A stretch of 47,827 nt of DNA from Octopus bimaculoides. Taxonomy: Eukaryota. The notes under the pieces were generated by a model. The model was not told the DNA's origin. It saw only the letters and a list, made by a program, of their open reading frames with translations, and searched no databases. Where the stretch lies: assembly GCF_001194135.2 (NCBI RefSeq), contig NC_068984.1, positions 52,265,363 to 52,313,189 on the forward strand. The letters are read 5' to 3'. The first letter of the stretch is position 1; each line of letters starts with the position of its first letter. A program made the translations under genes and the position numbers. Below, one piece after another: positions 24,760 through 37,040 of the stretch.

Positions 24760-24953
24760 TTACTTGTTTTAGTCATTAGACTGTGGCAATGCTGGGGTAC
24801 CATCTTGAAGAAGTTTAGTTGAACAAAACAACCCATTATCTTTTTAAGCCTGGTATTTATTCTACCAGTCTTTTGCCAAACTGCTAAGTTACAAGGATGT
24901 AAACACACCAACACCAGTTGTCACTGGTGGTGGAGGACAAATACAGACATAAA

Positions 24954-24994
<41 letters not shown>

Positions 24995-24995
24995 C

Positions 24996-25036
<41 letters not shown>

Positions 25037-25180
25037 CAAGCTTCTTTCAGTTCAGACCAAGGCTTTGGTCAATCCAAGGCTATATTAGAAGACACTTGCC
25101 CAAGGTGTCATACAATGGGACTGAACCCAGAACCATGTGGTTGAGAAACAAACTTGTTACTACACAGCCATGCCTACACC
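24760..25180 (-). mobile_element. SINE family A, full length with central (CA)n(TA)n
   Basis: Tail at 24760-24960, microsatellite, head at 25035-25180. Confidence 0.9.
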
Positions 25181-25289
25181 TCTATATGTGTATGTGTGTG
25201 TGTGTGTGTGTGTACACATGTATATACATGTATATATATATACATGTATATACATGTGTGTATATGATTACCCACATACAAATTTACAT

Positions 25290-26670
25290 AAGGTAGATAA
25301 AACACAAACCCCTTCAGGTAGATGGCCCTGCTCAGTATGTAGAAAAGGAGTAGGTAGTAACTCTATAAGATGTACCCGGTGCAAGCTATGGACACATAAG
25401 AGGTGCAGCAACATCAAAGGCAGGTTAACTAGCAAGTTAGTTTTTGTTTGTGGCAGATGTTCAGGTGCAATAAAGACTGTAAACAAACAGGAAACAACTT
25501 CTATCTCATTCCAGGGTGAAAAACTAGAGGTAGTCGTTAGTAGTGGGGGTGGGTGCGCTGAAAGTGTAGCTGCTAGAATAAGAATAGCCTGGGCAAAGTT
25601 TAGAGAGCTCTTACCCCTGCTGGCGACAAAGGGACTCTCACTCAGAGTAAAAGGCAGACNNNNNNNNNNNNNNNNNNNNNNNNNNNNNNNNNNNNNNNNN
25701 NNNNNNNNNNNNNNNNNNNNNNNNNNNNNNNNNNNNNNNNNNNNNNNNNNNNNNNNNNNNNNNNNNNNNNNNNNNNNNNNNNNNNNNNNNNNNNNNNNNN
25801 NNNNNNNNNNNNNNNNNNNNNNNNNNNNNNNNNNNNNNNNNNNNNNNNNNNNNNNNNNNNNNNNNNNNNNNNNNNNNNNNNNNNNNNNNNNNNNNNNNNN
25901 NNNNNNNNNNNNNNNNNNNNNNNNNNNNNNNNNNNNNNNNNNNNNNNNNNNNNNNNNNNNNNNNNNNNNNNNNNNNNNNNNNNNNNNNNNNNNNNNNNNN
26001 NNNNNNNNNNNNNNNNNNNNNNNNNNNNNNNNNNNNNNNNNNNNNNNNNNNNNNNNNNNNNNNNNNNNNNNNNNNNNNNNNNNNNNNNNNNNNNNNNNNN
26101 NNNNNNNNNNNNNNNNNNNNNNNNNNNNNNNNNNNNNNNNNNNNNNNNNNNNNNNNNNNNNNNNNNNNNNNNNNNNNNNNNNNNNNNNNNNNNNNNNNNN
26201 NNNNNNNNNNNNNNNNNNNNNNNNNNNNNNNNNNNNNNNNNNNNNNNNNNNNNNNNNNNNNNNNNNNNNNNNNNNNNNNNNNNNNNNNNNNNNNNNNNNN
26301 NNNNNNNNNNNNNNNNNNNNNNNNNNNNNNNNNNNNNNNNNNNNNNNNNNNNNNNNNNNNNNNNNNNNNNNNNNNNNNNNNNNNNNNNNNNNNNNNNNNN
26401 NNNNNNNNNNNNNNNNNNNNNNNNNNNNNNNNNNNNNNNNNNNNNNNNNNNNNNNNNNNNNNNNNNNNNNTTTTCGTGCGGGTGACACGTAAAGGCACCC
26501 ACTACACTCTCTGAGTGGTTGGCGTTAGGAAGGGCATCCAGCTGTAGAAACTCTGCCAAATTAGACTGGAGCCTGGTGTTGCCATCCGGTTTCACCAGTC
26601 CTCAGTCAAATCGTCCAACCCATGCTAGCATGGAAAGCAGACGTTAAACGATGATGATGATGATGATGAT
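25290..26670 (+). mobile_element. 5'-truncated RTE-type LINE (RT C-terminal region with PHD-like finger, gap 25660-26470, 3' UTR ending in (GAT)n)
   Basis: Frame reads GRWPCSVCRKGVGSNSIRCTRCKLWTHKRCS...CGRC...GEKLEVVVSSGGGCAESVAARIRIAWAKFRELLPLLATKGLSLRVKGR. After the gap, CCATGCTAGCATGGAAAGCAGACGTTAAACGATGATGATG is an RTE-style microsatellite tail. Confidence 0.88.
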
Positions 26671-26700
26671 AATGATAAAATTTAAGACAAAGTTGCATAC

Positions 26701-26857
26701 AACAGGCTTCTTTCAGTTTCTGTTTACCAAACCCACTAATAAGGCTTTGGTTAACATATGACTGGAGAAGATAACACCTGCTGAAGGTGCCACAGACTGG
26801 GAGTGACCTAGGAATCATGTGGTTGAGATGGAAACTTCTTACCACACAGCTGCACCT
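26701..26857 (-). mobile_element. SINE family A 5' half
   Basis: GGCTTCTTTCAGTTTC...CTTACCACACAGC. Confidence 0.85.
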
Positions 26858-27107
26858 ATTGTTCACAAATGTATCCTTTTTTTTTTTAGTTTTCTGGTGA
26901 GAAACTACATCCACTTGATTGATTGACCTCAGCTCTATTAACAATAGACTAATACATCATCCTTGAAATAAGAACTTCAAGAGTAGTCAAAGCACTTATA
27001 TACACAGATAAGAACATAGTGACTCTTATCATCAGTCTCATCTGCAGCAAGGTCATCATTGCCATCATCATCATCATTGTTGTTGTCATTATCATCATCA
27101 TTCAAAC

Positions 27108-28950
27108 AATTAGATCCCTCAGATAACAAAAGTTTTCCATTACATCTAGCAAGCAGTTTAGATTTCATCCTATGGATAGCCTACTGTTAAGTGCTCTTAC
27201 AAATCTATAAAATCTAGTCCTGGCTTCTGCCATCTTTTCAGAGATCCTACTGCTTCTTTTGTGAACCTATTGTTTACACTTTGTCCCTTCATGCATATGA
27301 AGTTCACTCCCCAAATGCCAGACATCATTAGTCATTGTCAATAACTCGTGCTTATGGTCTTTGCTATAGTAACCTTTAAACATTCTGCCTCTGGGGCCTT
27401 AATTCAAAATTTGAAACTTTTTCTTTAGCATTTTGACAAATTCTACTATGAGAACTAGTTTGACAACACATTGAATCTCTCAATAACAGCCATTCTTGAG
27501 TTGTTGTGTTATAACCAGAAGTTCTATAACAGAACCTTGGTGAATTCCATTTGCACTTAACGTATTACTGTAATATCATTATCAGTCTTAGCCTTGCTAG
27601 CAGCACTCTTGTAATATCTCTTGTACCTTGTACATGCATGGCTTGAACAACTGTCACAAAGCATTCATCTACATCTTATTTTCTCAGCACTTACCATTTG
27701 CAAAAACCTTTTGCAAATTTATTACAAGGATTTGTTTTTAGTTTATAATTTTTCTTGCGATTGTCTCTTTAATAGTATGTCATCAGTAATATAATGTGCA
27801 GGCATCATTTGAAACTGTATCTTATCCAACTACATTCAGATGAACATTCAGTTTGAGACCTCTGTAAATGCACTTCCCAAGTGTCTATCTTCCTTTGCCT
27901 CATATACTACTTTACTAATCACTGAAATTTTCACCTTCCTGCTTTACCTGAGCAACAAATAGATAACCTATGTAGGATGGTACATTCAAACATTTTTTAA
28001 TGGACATGTTACTTTCATTGACTAAGCACGTTGAAATAAATTCCATTGCTAAGCCCTTCTGTCAGTTTTATTTAGAATAGGTTTTTATTGTTTTATACTT
28101 GTCCATTTTACCTCTCACATTAAATAACATTTTTGTACTTCTTTCCACAAAATTCTATACTCGTGTCATTTTAGATGCTTTTGTCCAATGACGTCCAGAT
28201 TAAATGAACACACTAGAATGCAATTTAGAATATTTCACATTACTTATCTCCATGCTGCAAAATATAAGAACTTACATAAATAAACCAGCTAGATATAGCT
28301 AACATCTCGCTAGATGTACCCGATATCTTTATGTCTAGCTTCCCAGTATCATTTCTTGCTAATCCCTTTCTTCCACTCCTTCCAAACTTGTTACTTAGCC
28401 CTTATGACTTTCTAGCTTTCTATTCTTCCTTTGTCATATTGTCTGTTGCTTGGCTGATACATCACTCCATCTGCACAGTTAGTTAGTTAAAGGCTTTTTC
28501 TCATGAGAACATGCATCTGTTCTGCATGTAATAATTTGTTTTTTTAACATTTTCTTTTATATTTCTGAACAGGCATCATCTATTCTAGCTGGATGTTATA
28601 CTTAACCAGAAGGGTCTTTTACTTCCAGACTTTCCTTCTTCATTTTCATCTTCAATGAGACAACCTATATGAGGTCACAGAGCATGCTAAAAATAGCAGT
28701 TTCTAGCAGGTTGAACATTCGTGTAGAGGCTCCCTCATTGTCTCATATACTGAAGTGGCACAGAATGGTGATATTCCATTCTGTGTTAGTCATATGCTAC
28801 GTTGATGAACTTCATCATCAACATAGTATAGAGAAAATTTTCGTGAGGTAAAAAGAAATAATGTGGAACAAGATCAGTTGCAGGTATAGTGTTAACCAGT
28901 GTGAGATGAAGAGAGAACAGGTGAACTAAGAAAGCAGCTGGATATTAAAG
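27108..28950 (-). mobile_element. Old, heavily decayed RTE-type LINE
   Basis: Minus-strand remnants: LDVMENFCYLRDLI (27108-27149), CKQ*VHKRS (PHD remnant), GIHQGSVI (RT motif) and DVDECFVTVVQAM. The upstream limit is approximate. Confidence 0.7.
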
Positions 28951-29095
28951 ACATTAGACTACATATATGTAGAGAAACTTCTACATTGGTAAAGAAACTA
29001 TGATGTTTGTGAAGAAGGAATGTTTGTTGTTATTATTCAGCTACCTATGACCTTTGCTCAACAATATTCCAAATATAACTATCCTCTGTGTGTGG

Positions 29096-29131
<36 letters not shown>

Positions 29132-29769
29132 CTGTTTCTAGAACTCATAATCCAATGCAGTTTCCTTTCCCAGAGAGTAGGTAATTTAATTCCATTGAAA
29201 TATGCCTGCTATTTCAAGCACATAGAGCAATCACATAAACGTTTTTCCATTGTCGTTGTTTTTGTTGTTTAGTCCCATTTAAGTGAGTAAGGACTCTCAA
29301 ATGTCTCTTTGTTATCTAAGACTTGACAATCCAGTGTGTCCTTAATTTTTTTCCTTCCTTTCATTAAAGAAGTTAAGTCACAGGTTGTCAAGCAAGAGTG
29401 CTGTAGCACACTGGTGCATCACAGATTTTTTAAAAATACAATTTAAGTCTTTAGAAAATCCATATTAATGTTTGAACACCTTGAAAACATGTTATTCGTA
29501 TACACATGAGAAGCTATAATATTTTAGATTTTATTTCTAAATTTTTAACTTTAAAACAGTTTAATTTTCTTTTTAGCTTTCTATGTGAAGAGATCCTGTA
29601 ATGTTTGTGTTTGATTTTTGATGTGTTATAAAGTCAAAATGATTGAAAACAATAGTTATGGGGTATGATGAAAGGAAAACATAACTGATATTTCTAGTAG
29701 ATTGAACAACAAAATAGAAGCTCCCTTATTGACTTGCCTTGCTGTTATTAATGAAGAGTGTCTGAGCAA

Positions 29770-29895
29770 GTGGAAAACTGAGAAAGAAAAACATGGCAGG
29801 AAGCGATGATGTCAGATATCAGAATACTGGATCTCATGGATGAAGTGATGAAAGACAAGCATGATGTATGGCAACAGACATACTCAACAAAAACT
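29770..29895 (+). mobile_element. RTE ORF C-terminal remnant
   Basis: WQEAMMSDIRILDLMDEVMKDKHDVWQ resembles the RTE C-terminal W-E-x4-D-L...D-R-x2-W pattern; followed by (GAT/GGT)n. Confidence 0.4.
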
Positions 29896-29998
29896 AACAC
29901 AGGGATGATGATGAGGATGATGATGGTGGTGGTGGTAGTGGCGGCGGCTTCTTTTTTAATGGTGATGATTAGTGATAATGACAATGTTGATTATGATG

Positions 29999-30140
29999 CT
30001 GTTGATAACAATATACATATTTAATCCTCATCGTTTAACATCTACCTTCCATGCTAGCATGGATGGGACTACTGTTGATAATATACACATTTAATCATCA
30101 TCATTTAATGTCTGCCTTCCATACTGGCATGGGTGGGACT
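29999..30140 (-). repeat. Tandem duplication (about 70 bp x2) of an RTE tail end plus flank
   Basis: CTGTTGATAA...TTTAATC.TCATC.TTTAA..TCT.CCTTCCAT.CT.GCATGG.TGGGACT occurs twice. Confidence 0.85.
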
Positions 30141-30162
30141 TAATATATTCACAAATTCATTA

Positions 30163-30360
30163 AGGTGGCAAGCTGAAAGAATTGTTAGCACTCCAGGTAA
30201 AATGCTTAGTGGCATTCCGTCTGTTTTTATGTTCTGAGTTCAAATGCCACCAGGGTAACTTTGCCTTTCATCCTTTTGGGATCAATGAAATAAGTACCAG
30301 TAATTGACTTACTGCCTTCCCGAAAATTACTGGCCTTGTGTTAAAATATGAAACCAATAT
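30163..30360 (+). mobile_element. SINE family B
   Basis: GGTGGCAAGCTG head and CTTTGCCTTTCATCCTTTTGGGATCAATGAAATAAGTACCAG core. Confidence 0.85.
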
Positions 30361-31175
30361 ATTGATAAAAATACATGTTTGCTCTTTTATGATTCTTAAA
30401 AAGGTTTTCTTTTTTAATTTTATTGTGATTAAGCTACCACCACAGATTTTAGTCAATAATTTCTATTCCAGTTATTTGTATCTGGTACTTATTTTATAGA
30501 ACTAGTAATGGAATAAAAGACAAAGTCTACTTTGTCATATAAGACCATGACCAAGAGCTGCATACCACAAGGTATTTCTGTTCAGCCTTCCCTCATTGAT
30601 ATGTGCACACACGTGTGTGTGTGTGTGTGTACTGTGTACGTACTGTGTACGTACTGTGTACTGTATGTACATTGTTCTTATGTGTTGTAAGAGGTGACAG
30701 GAAGGACATATGGGATGGGGGTGGGAGCTTCCAACCCATAGCATCACAGAAAATCAGATGTAAAGTGATGATGCAGAGGATAAGGATGATGATGAGGGTG
30801 ATGTGTGATGTTGACAATAATGAGAAAGAGGAGAAGGATGACAATGAGAGTGATGATGAAGACAACAAAGATGATATTAATGATGATGGTGATAGTTTGA
30901 TGAAATTCTATTTGACAATAAGATAATTCTAATATCATGACAAATTGTTTCATAACTTAAAAACATGTAGATAATTTATATTATTATATTTAATAATAAA
31001 TAAATTACTTACATGTTTGCATTAATGCAAAAAAATCCTTCAAAATAATGTGGAATTTCAGCTAAGCTGTTTTGTCTTGCATCATAGTATATGTTCTGTA
31101 TGTTTTATAGAATGATACACTAAGGAGCTTTTTCTATGAGTGCTACCGGATTACTTGAATCCACATATTATGACT

Positions 31176-31248
<73 letters not shown>

Positions 31249-31269
31249 ATTTATTTATCTATCTTTTAC

Positions 31270-31422
31270 ATGAAATCTGTGTATCGAGTTTCACTCACAT
31301 GGCTTTGGTCGACCCCATGATTAGAGTACAAGACATTGTCCCTGAGTGCAACACAGTGCAATGGGAACATTCCTTCTCCAGAAATGTGTAGTTGTAAAGC
31401 AAACCTTCTTAGCTACACAGCC
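31270..31422 (-). mobile_element. SINE family A 5' half, old
   Basis: TTCACTCACATGGCTTTGGTCGACCC...CTTAGCTACACAGCCA. Confidence 0.6.
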
Positions 31423-32709
31423 ATTCAGAGATATTTATATGCCTACAGATACAATAGACACACACTTACATACACACACACACATCATGCATGCACATGC
31501 ACGCACACACACACACACACACACGCACACACACATATTTCAAACACCCAATAACTAACCCATTGTCCATGCAAAAGGCACAGCAATTCAAAGGACATTA
31601 TCTTTGATTACCCACCACCCAACTCCCACCACTACCATCCCCTCTCTGCCAGCCATATATACCATCAGTAGCCACATATTTCTGAAAGGCATCATTACTT
31701 GTTATCTTGGTATTTAGATCTTCAATGCACTCGTGCACACAGCAACGTCATCATGCTTGAAAATCTTTGTCAGCTCTTTCCTTCTTTTATTTATTTACTT
31801 ATTTATTTATTTGCAATCACTTCTTTTTTTTTTTTCTCCTTTGCAGCTGACAATAAAAAAATCAATTCTTTGACATCATCAATTGCATCATTAGTAGGGT
31901 AAAGCTTATCCTTTTCACAATACTTCAACCCTGCCATTGTGGTTCTCTTGTTCCTTCAATGGGATTGTATCATGCAAGCAAGGGTAAAATTTGTTGTTCT
32001 TGTTTTTTTTTGTTTTTGCTTTTTTGTTTTTTTAAGAGTTATATCAAACCTGAAAGTGCACCCCCCGCTTCAATCCTCACCCTCTCTTACTCTGTCTTTT
32101 ATCCTTTCTTGATTTCTTTTTTTTTTCTTCTAATTCTAAATTTCCAGATTCATCCTCAGATTCATCCGATATTTGTAGATTAACATGAAATAAAGGACAT
32201 GAATGAAACATTGTGAAGATAAAACTAAGATTGCTATTTTCTTTTTTTTATGAAGTCAGCAGTAATTTCTCTAAGAGACATTTTCTATGATGAAGCAACT
32301 TCTAGAGAAGATGATTAAATCAGCATTACAGTGGCTTTCATTTAATATGTCTTATAGTGGTTTTTGTTTGTTTTTGGTTTGGGTTATTTTTTCAGCTGCT
32401 AGTTTCTTTTTAAGTAATGTTAACCATTAAACTGAGAAATATGAATTAAATCTAAAATAACCAATGAAATACACTAAGGCCTTAAGAATCCAAGAGCTTA
32501 ATCTCAAAGTGTGTCTCTTTTTTGATAATAGTATAAATGTATAAATCTTTGAGCTTTTCCCAATTATTAAATATGCAATACTAGTTGTTCTTCTTGTTGT
32601 TAGTGTTATTGTTGCTGCTGTTGTTGTTGTTGTTTACATTCCTATCAATCCTCACTGAGAAGATCTATGATTAAAAAAGACTTGACTATTACATCCTTCT
32701 CTCTGTATT

Positions 32710-32920
32710 GCAAGCTGGCAGAATCATTTGGCATGCCAAGCAGAGTGCTTACTGGCATTTGGTCTATCCTTACATTCTGAGTTCAAATTCTGCTAAGGTC
32801 AACTTTGCCTTTCATCCTTTCAGGATTGATAAAAATAAGTACTAGCTAACACAGGGAGTTGATGTAATCGACTAGTTCCCTCCCCCAAAACTGCAGGCCT
32901 TGTGCCTATAGTAGAAATGA
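32710..32920 (+). mobile_element. SINE family B
   Basis: GCAAGCTGGCAGAATC...CTTTGCCTTTCATCCTTT...GGCCTTGTGCCTATAGTAGAA. Confidence 0.85.
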
Positions 32921-33177
32921 TAATTGCATTCTCCTTTCATGAGAGAAACATTGCTGCTATTTCCAGCCTGGCAGAGGATCTCTCATTGACTCATGATAGT
33001 TATCAGCTTTAAATAATGGTTGTTACATTCAAAACATGAAAATATCCTTTTTTGATCAAAATGCATTCTTCAATCAATTTAATCCTTTTTATATTGTACC
33101 AACTGCTGTCGGGAATTCTTCTGCATTATCATGAATTGATTTATAATTAATTTATTTAGTAAAATTAATAAGTCATT

Positions 33178-33525
33178 ACTATGCAGTTAAGAAGCTTGTT
33201 TTGCAGTCACATGGTTTCAGATTCAATCCCACTATTTGGTATCTTGGGCAAGTGTTTTACTATAGCCCAGGGCTGATCAATGCCTTGTGAGAAGCTGTGT
33301 GGAAGCTCATAATATCTGTGTGTATGTGTGTTTTTCCCCTCCTCCCTTGCTTGGCAACCAGTGTTGGTTTGTTTACATCCCCTCAATTTAGCAGTTTGGC
33401 GAAAAAGACCTAGAGAGTAAGTACCAGACTTTAAAAATAAGTACTAGGGTCAATCTCTTCAGCTAAAGCCCTTCAAAGCAGTCCCCCAATATGGCTGCCA
33501 TCCAGTGACTGAAACAAGGGAGTAA
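33178..33525 (+). mobile_element. SINE family A, near full length
   Basis: Head AGTTAAGAAGCTTG...TTGGGCAAGTG through GTGACTGAAACAAG. Confidence 0.85.
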
Positions 33526-33857
33526 ACAATAAAAAAAAAAAGGAAACAAAAAAATTAACAAGATTTAACAGTTAGATGGGAATACTTCAAAGTAAATTGC
33601 AATCACTTATGAATTCCTGTGAAACTTGTGGAAGTAAGTCATTTGTGACTTTTAAACCAGTGCCCCCAAATACTGCACTGCAATGTACTGATGTGTTAAA
33701 GGGAGGTACCAAGAATCACTATGGATTTTGAGAAATATGATTTGAGATCTTAGTAAATCTATTGTGAAAAAAAATGTTTTATTCCTAATCTATTCCCAGT
33801 GTTATTCCTAATTTTGTTATACACCATTATGTTTCATAAAACAAAGTTACCATACGT

Positions 33858-34316
33858 AGGTGAAGGCATGGTTGTGTGGTAAGAAGCTTGCTTCCCAACT
33901 ACATGGTTCCAAGTTCAGTGCAACTGCATGGCACCTTGGGCAACTGTCTTCTACTCTAGCCTTGGGCCAACAAAAGCCTTGAGTGTGATTGTTGCCAGCA
34001 TTGCCTTACCAGCACATGTGCCAGTGGCACGTGAAAAACAACATTCAAGTATGGTCATTGCCAATGCCACTGGACTGGCTCCTGTGCAGGTAGCACATAA
34101 AAACACCTTTTGAGCGTGGTCGTTGCCAGAACCACCTGACAGGCCCTCGTGCCAGTGGCACTACACTCTCGGAGTGGTTGGCATTAGAAAGGGCATCCAA
34201 CTGTAGAAACTTTGCCAGATCAGATTGAGCCTGCAGCCTCTGGCTCACCAGTTCTCAGTCAAACCGTCCAACCCATGTCGCCATGGAAAGCAGATGTTAA
34301 ATGATGATGATGATGA

Positions 34317-34320
<4 letters not shown>
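33858..34320 (+). mobile_element. Family A head fused to or interrupted by an RTE 3' UTR ending in (GAT)n
   Basis: Head at 33858-33985 is directly followed by RTE-tail repeats and CATGGAAAGCAGATGTTAAATGATGATG. Confidence 0.8.
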
Positions 34321-34354
<34 letters not shown>

Positions 34355-35213
34355 CTTCCAATGTTCCAAAGTGCCAGTAACTTTTTTATTTGATCTCCAG
34401 TGTGCCTCAAAGTAAAAAAAACTGAGAACCATTAATGTAAAGTTTAATATGAATTATTTAGAGATAAGCTCTTTTCAGTCAAACAACTTATCAGTGTGAA
34501 GTTGTGTTAGAGAGAGAGAGAGCAATGCAAAAAGAAAAGAGAAAAAAGACTTATCGAAGCAGCTCTACCCTTGCTTACCAATGAGGTTTGATGAGAAATA
34601 TGATAATTATTAACTGAAAACTATAGGACAGTGATCTAATCAACAAATAGCCTCTCAAGTTAAACATTTAAAGGGTAGAGCAAAAGTGCCAGAAAATAAA
34701 GTATCTACCAACAAAAATACTGTTTATACATTTTTTATCATGTATATCATTGTATTCATTGCTGTGACATTTACAATTAATGACAAAGATAATATCAATG
34801 TAACTAATCAATAATGTTATTTATATGGTATATTCTCTATGATGCAGGCACGGCTGTATAGTTAAGAAGTTTGCATTGCAACAGTTTTGGATTCTCTGCC
34901 ACTGTGAAGCATCTTGGGTAAGGTCTTCTTCATCCATTGCCTTAAGTGAGTGAAGTTTGGTAAACTCTGTGGCAGCCCATCAGTTGGATTGTTCTTGTTC
35001 TGGCTATCCTGATCTAGTTAGACATCTTTATTTAAAATGGTAGAATGTGATTTGTGGGTGATTTGGCTGCTGTTTCTAACAAGCCAGGGCATATTTTGAG
35101 GCTCTATCATTGATTAAAATTACTTGACATAAAACTATATGCAAATAGCAAACTGTATGTAAAAGTCATGTGCAAAAACTATCTGTAAAAACAAAAAAAA
35201 TGCAAAAAACAAA

Positions 35214-35252
<39 letters not shown>

Positions 35253-35583
35253 TATCTATGTATGTATATATGTATGTATATATGTATATGTAAAAACTGT
35301 ATTAAAAACAAATCATATATAATGACCATGTCAAAACTGTTAAAGCTACTAGTAAAAGCTATGTAAATAAAACAAACTACTTGTGAAATCCTATGTAAAA
35401 ATTATATGTACAAATAAACTATATTTAAAAGCCTCATGTACAATCTCTGCAAAAACAAACCATATATAGAATAAACAAAACAGGAACCATTTGTAAAAAT
35501 ACTTCTATATATATAAAAACAAACCATATGTGAAAATAAATATATGTAAAACTATATGTATAAAACTACTGTGTGTAAAAAGT

Positions 35584-35895
35584 GAAAGGCATGTATTGGA
35601 GTGGGTTGGGTATTGAGTTCATTAGGTTGTGTGTTCAATTCTCAGACCAAGCTGCACGATATGTCCTTGAGCAAGGCATTTTATTTCACATTGTTTCAGT
35701 TCACTCAACTGAAAATAAATACCAGTGAGTGACAGCTGGATTGAGATGGGGGTGGGATAGTGGGTACCCCCTGCAACAGACTGGCGTCATGTTCAGTGGG
35801 GAGTCCTGTACTCTCAGTCATTTAAATGCAATGGAAACTGGAATAAGCCCCCAGGCTATTAGGCTTGTCAGCTTGACAGAAAGTAAAAGCTATCT
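35584..35895 (+). mobile_element. SINE family C
   Basis: CCTTGAGCAAGGCATTTTATTTCACATTG core and CCTGCAACAGACTGGCGTC...ATGGAAACTGG tail. Confidence 0.7.
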
Positions 35896-35922
35896 ACAAA
35901 ATCAAACCATACATAAAGTTAT

Positions 35923-36149
35923 TCTTTTACTTGTTTCAGTTATTTGACTGTGATCACGCTGGAGCACCACCTTAAAGGGTTTTAGTCAAAGAAATCAACC
36001 CCAGAGCTTATTCTTTGTAAGCCTAATACTTATTCTATCAGTCTCTTTTGCCGAACTGCTAAGTAACAGGGACATAAACACACCAGCATCAGTTGTCAAG
36101 TGATGGTGGGGGGACAGACACACACACACACATAAATATATATATACAA

Positions 36150-36190
<41 letters not shown>

Positions 36191-36371
36191 AATATATATA
36201 TATACACATGACAGGCTTCTTTCAGTTTCTGTCTACCAAATCCACTCACAAAGCTTCGATTGCCCCAAGGCTATAGTAGAAAACACTTGCCCAAGGTGCT
36301 GTGCAGTGGGACTGAACCTGGAACCATGTGGTTGGGAAGCAAGCTTCTTACCACATAGCCACACCTGCACC
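35923..36371 (-). mobile_element. SINE family A, full length
   Basis: Complete tail, microsatellite and head. Confidence 0.92.
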
Positions 36372-36826
36372 CATACATAACAAAATAACAACGGAAAAAT
36401 ATCTGTGGGTAAACCATATGTAAAACTATATATATAACGGCATGTGTAAAGCTACATGTTTAAACTATATGTAAAAACAAACAATATTTAGTTGTAAAAG
36501 CCAATCATAATAAAGGAGAACCTATAACTTCATAAATGAACAAGATTTTCTCTATTAGAAAATGCAATCACTATCTATGACACCAGCTAGACACCTTGTA
36601 TGATATGATATCTAATAGATAGAGGCTGTTCATACAAAAAGGAGAGAAGATATGGCAATTGCAAGCCTAGTATATATAGAAGACTGCAACATCAGATTTT
36701 AATATGCTGTGAGGTGATAAACGAATAATATTATATAATCCATTTTAAAGATTATACTAAGATTTTTTCTTTATATAAGGATGCTGCTTTATCTTAACAC
36801 AATAAACAATATTTAACACTCTATAA

Positions 36827-37040
36827 GGTGGGGAGCTGGCAGAAACATTAACACACTGGGCAAAATGCTTAGCGGTATTTCATCTGTCTCTACATTCTGA
36901 GTTCAAATTCTACTGAGATCGACTTTGCCTTTTATCCTTTTAGGGTCAATAAACTAAGTACCAGTTGCATACTGGGGTTGATCTAATCAACTGGCCCCCT
37001 CCCCAAAAATTTTGGGCCTTGTGCCTAGAGTAGAAAAGAA
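36827..37040 (+). mobile_element. SINE family B, well preserved
   Basis: GGGGAGCTGGCAGAAAC...GAGTTCAAATTC (B-box-like)...GTCGACTTTGCC...GGGCCTTGTGCCTAGAGTAGAAAAGAAT. Confidence 0.9.

Larger units (their letters stand above)
35130..36500. repeat. Degenerate AAAACTATATGT-like minisatellite (35130-35582 and 36400-36500) split by two SINEs
   Basis: Recurrent AAAACTATATG(T/C), AAACCATATG and TGTAAAA units on both sides of the SINE pair. Confidence 0.7.

Noticed and set aside
25137-26492. 451-aa ORF as an intact gene
   Set aside because: It is a chance fusion of antisense SINE head, (TG/TA)n and a LINE fragment, and it runs through an 811-N gap.
29748-30953. Acidic or hydrophobic ORFs at 29748-30024 and 30593-30953
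   Set aside because: Driven by (GAT/GGT/GAG)n trinucleotide tracts.
33657-34432. hAT/Charlie-like MITE ends (CAGTGCCCCCAAA ... CTGAGAACCATT) around the SINE-RTE chimera
   Set aside because: The termini match each other poorly and no 8-bp TSD is visible.
36827-36915. SINE heads as tRNA genes
   Set aside because: A-box and B-box-like motifs only, no cloverleaf, and each continues into SINE core sequence.
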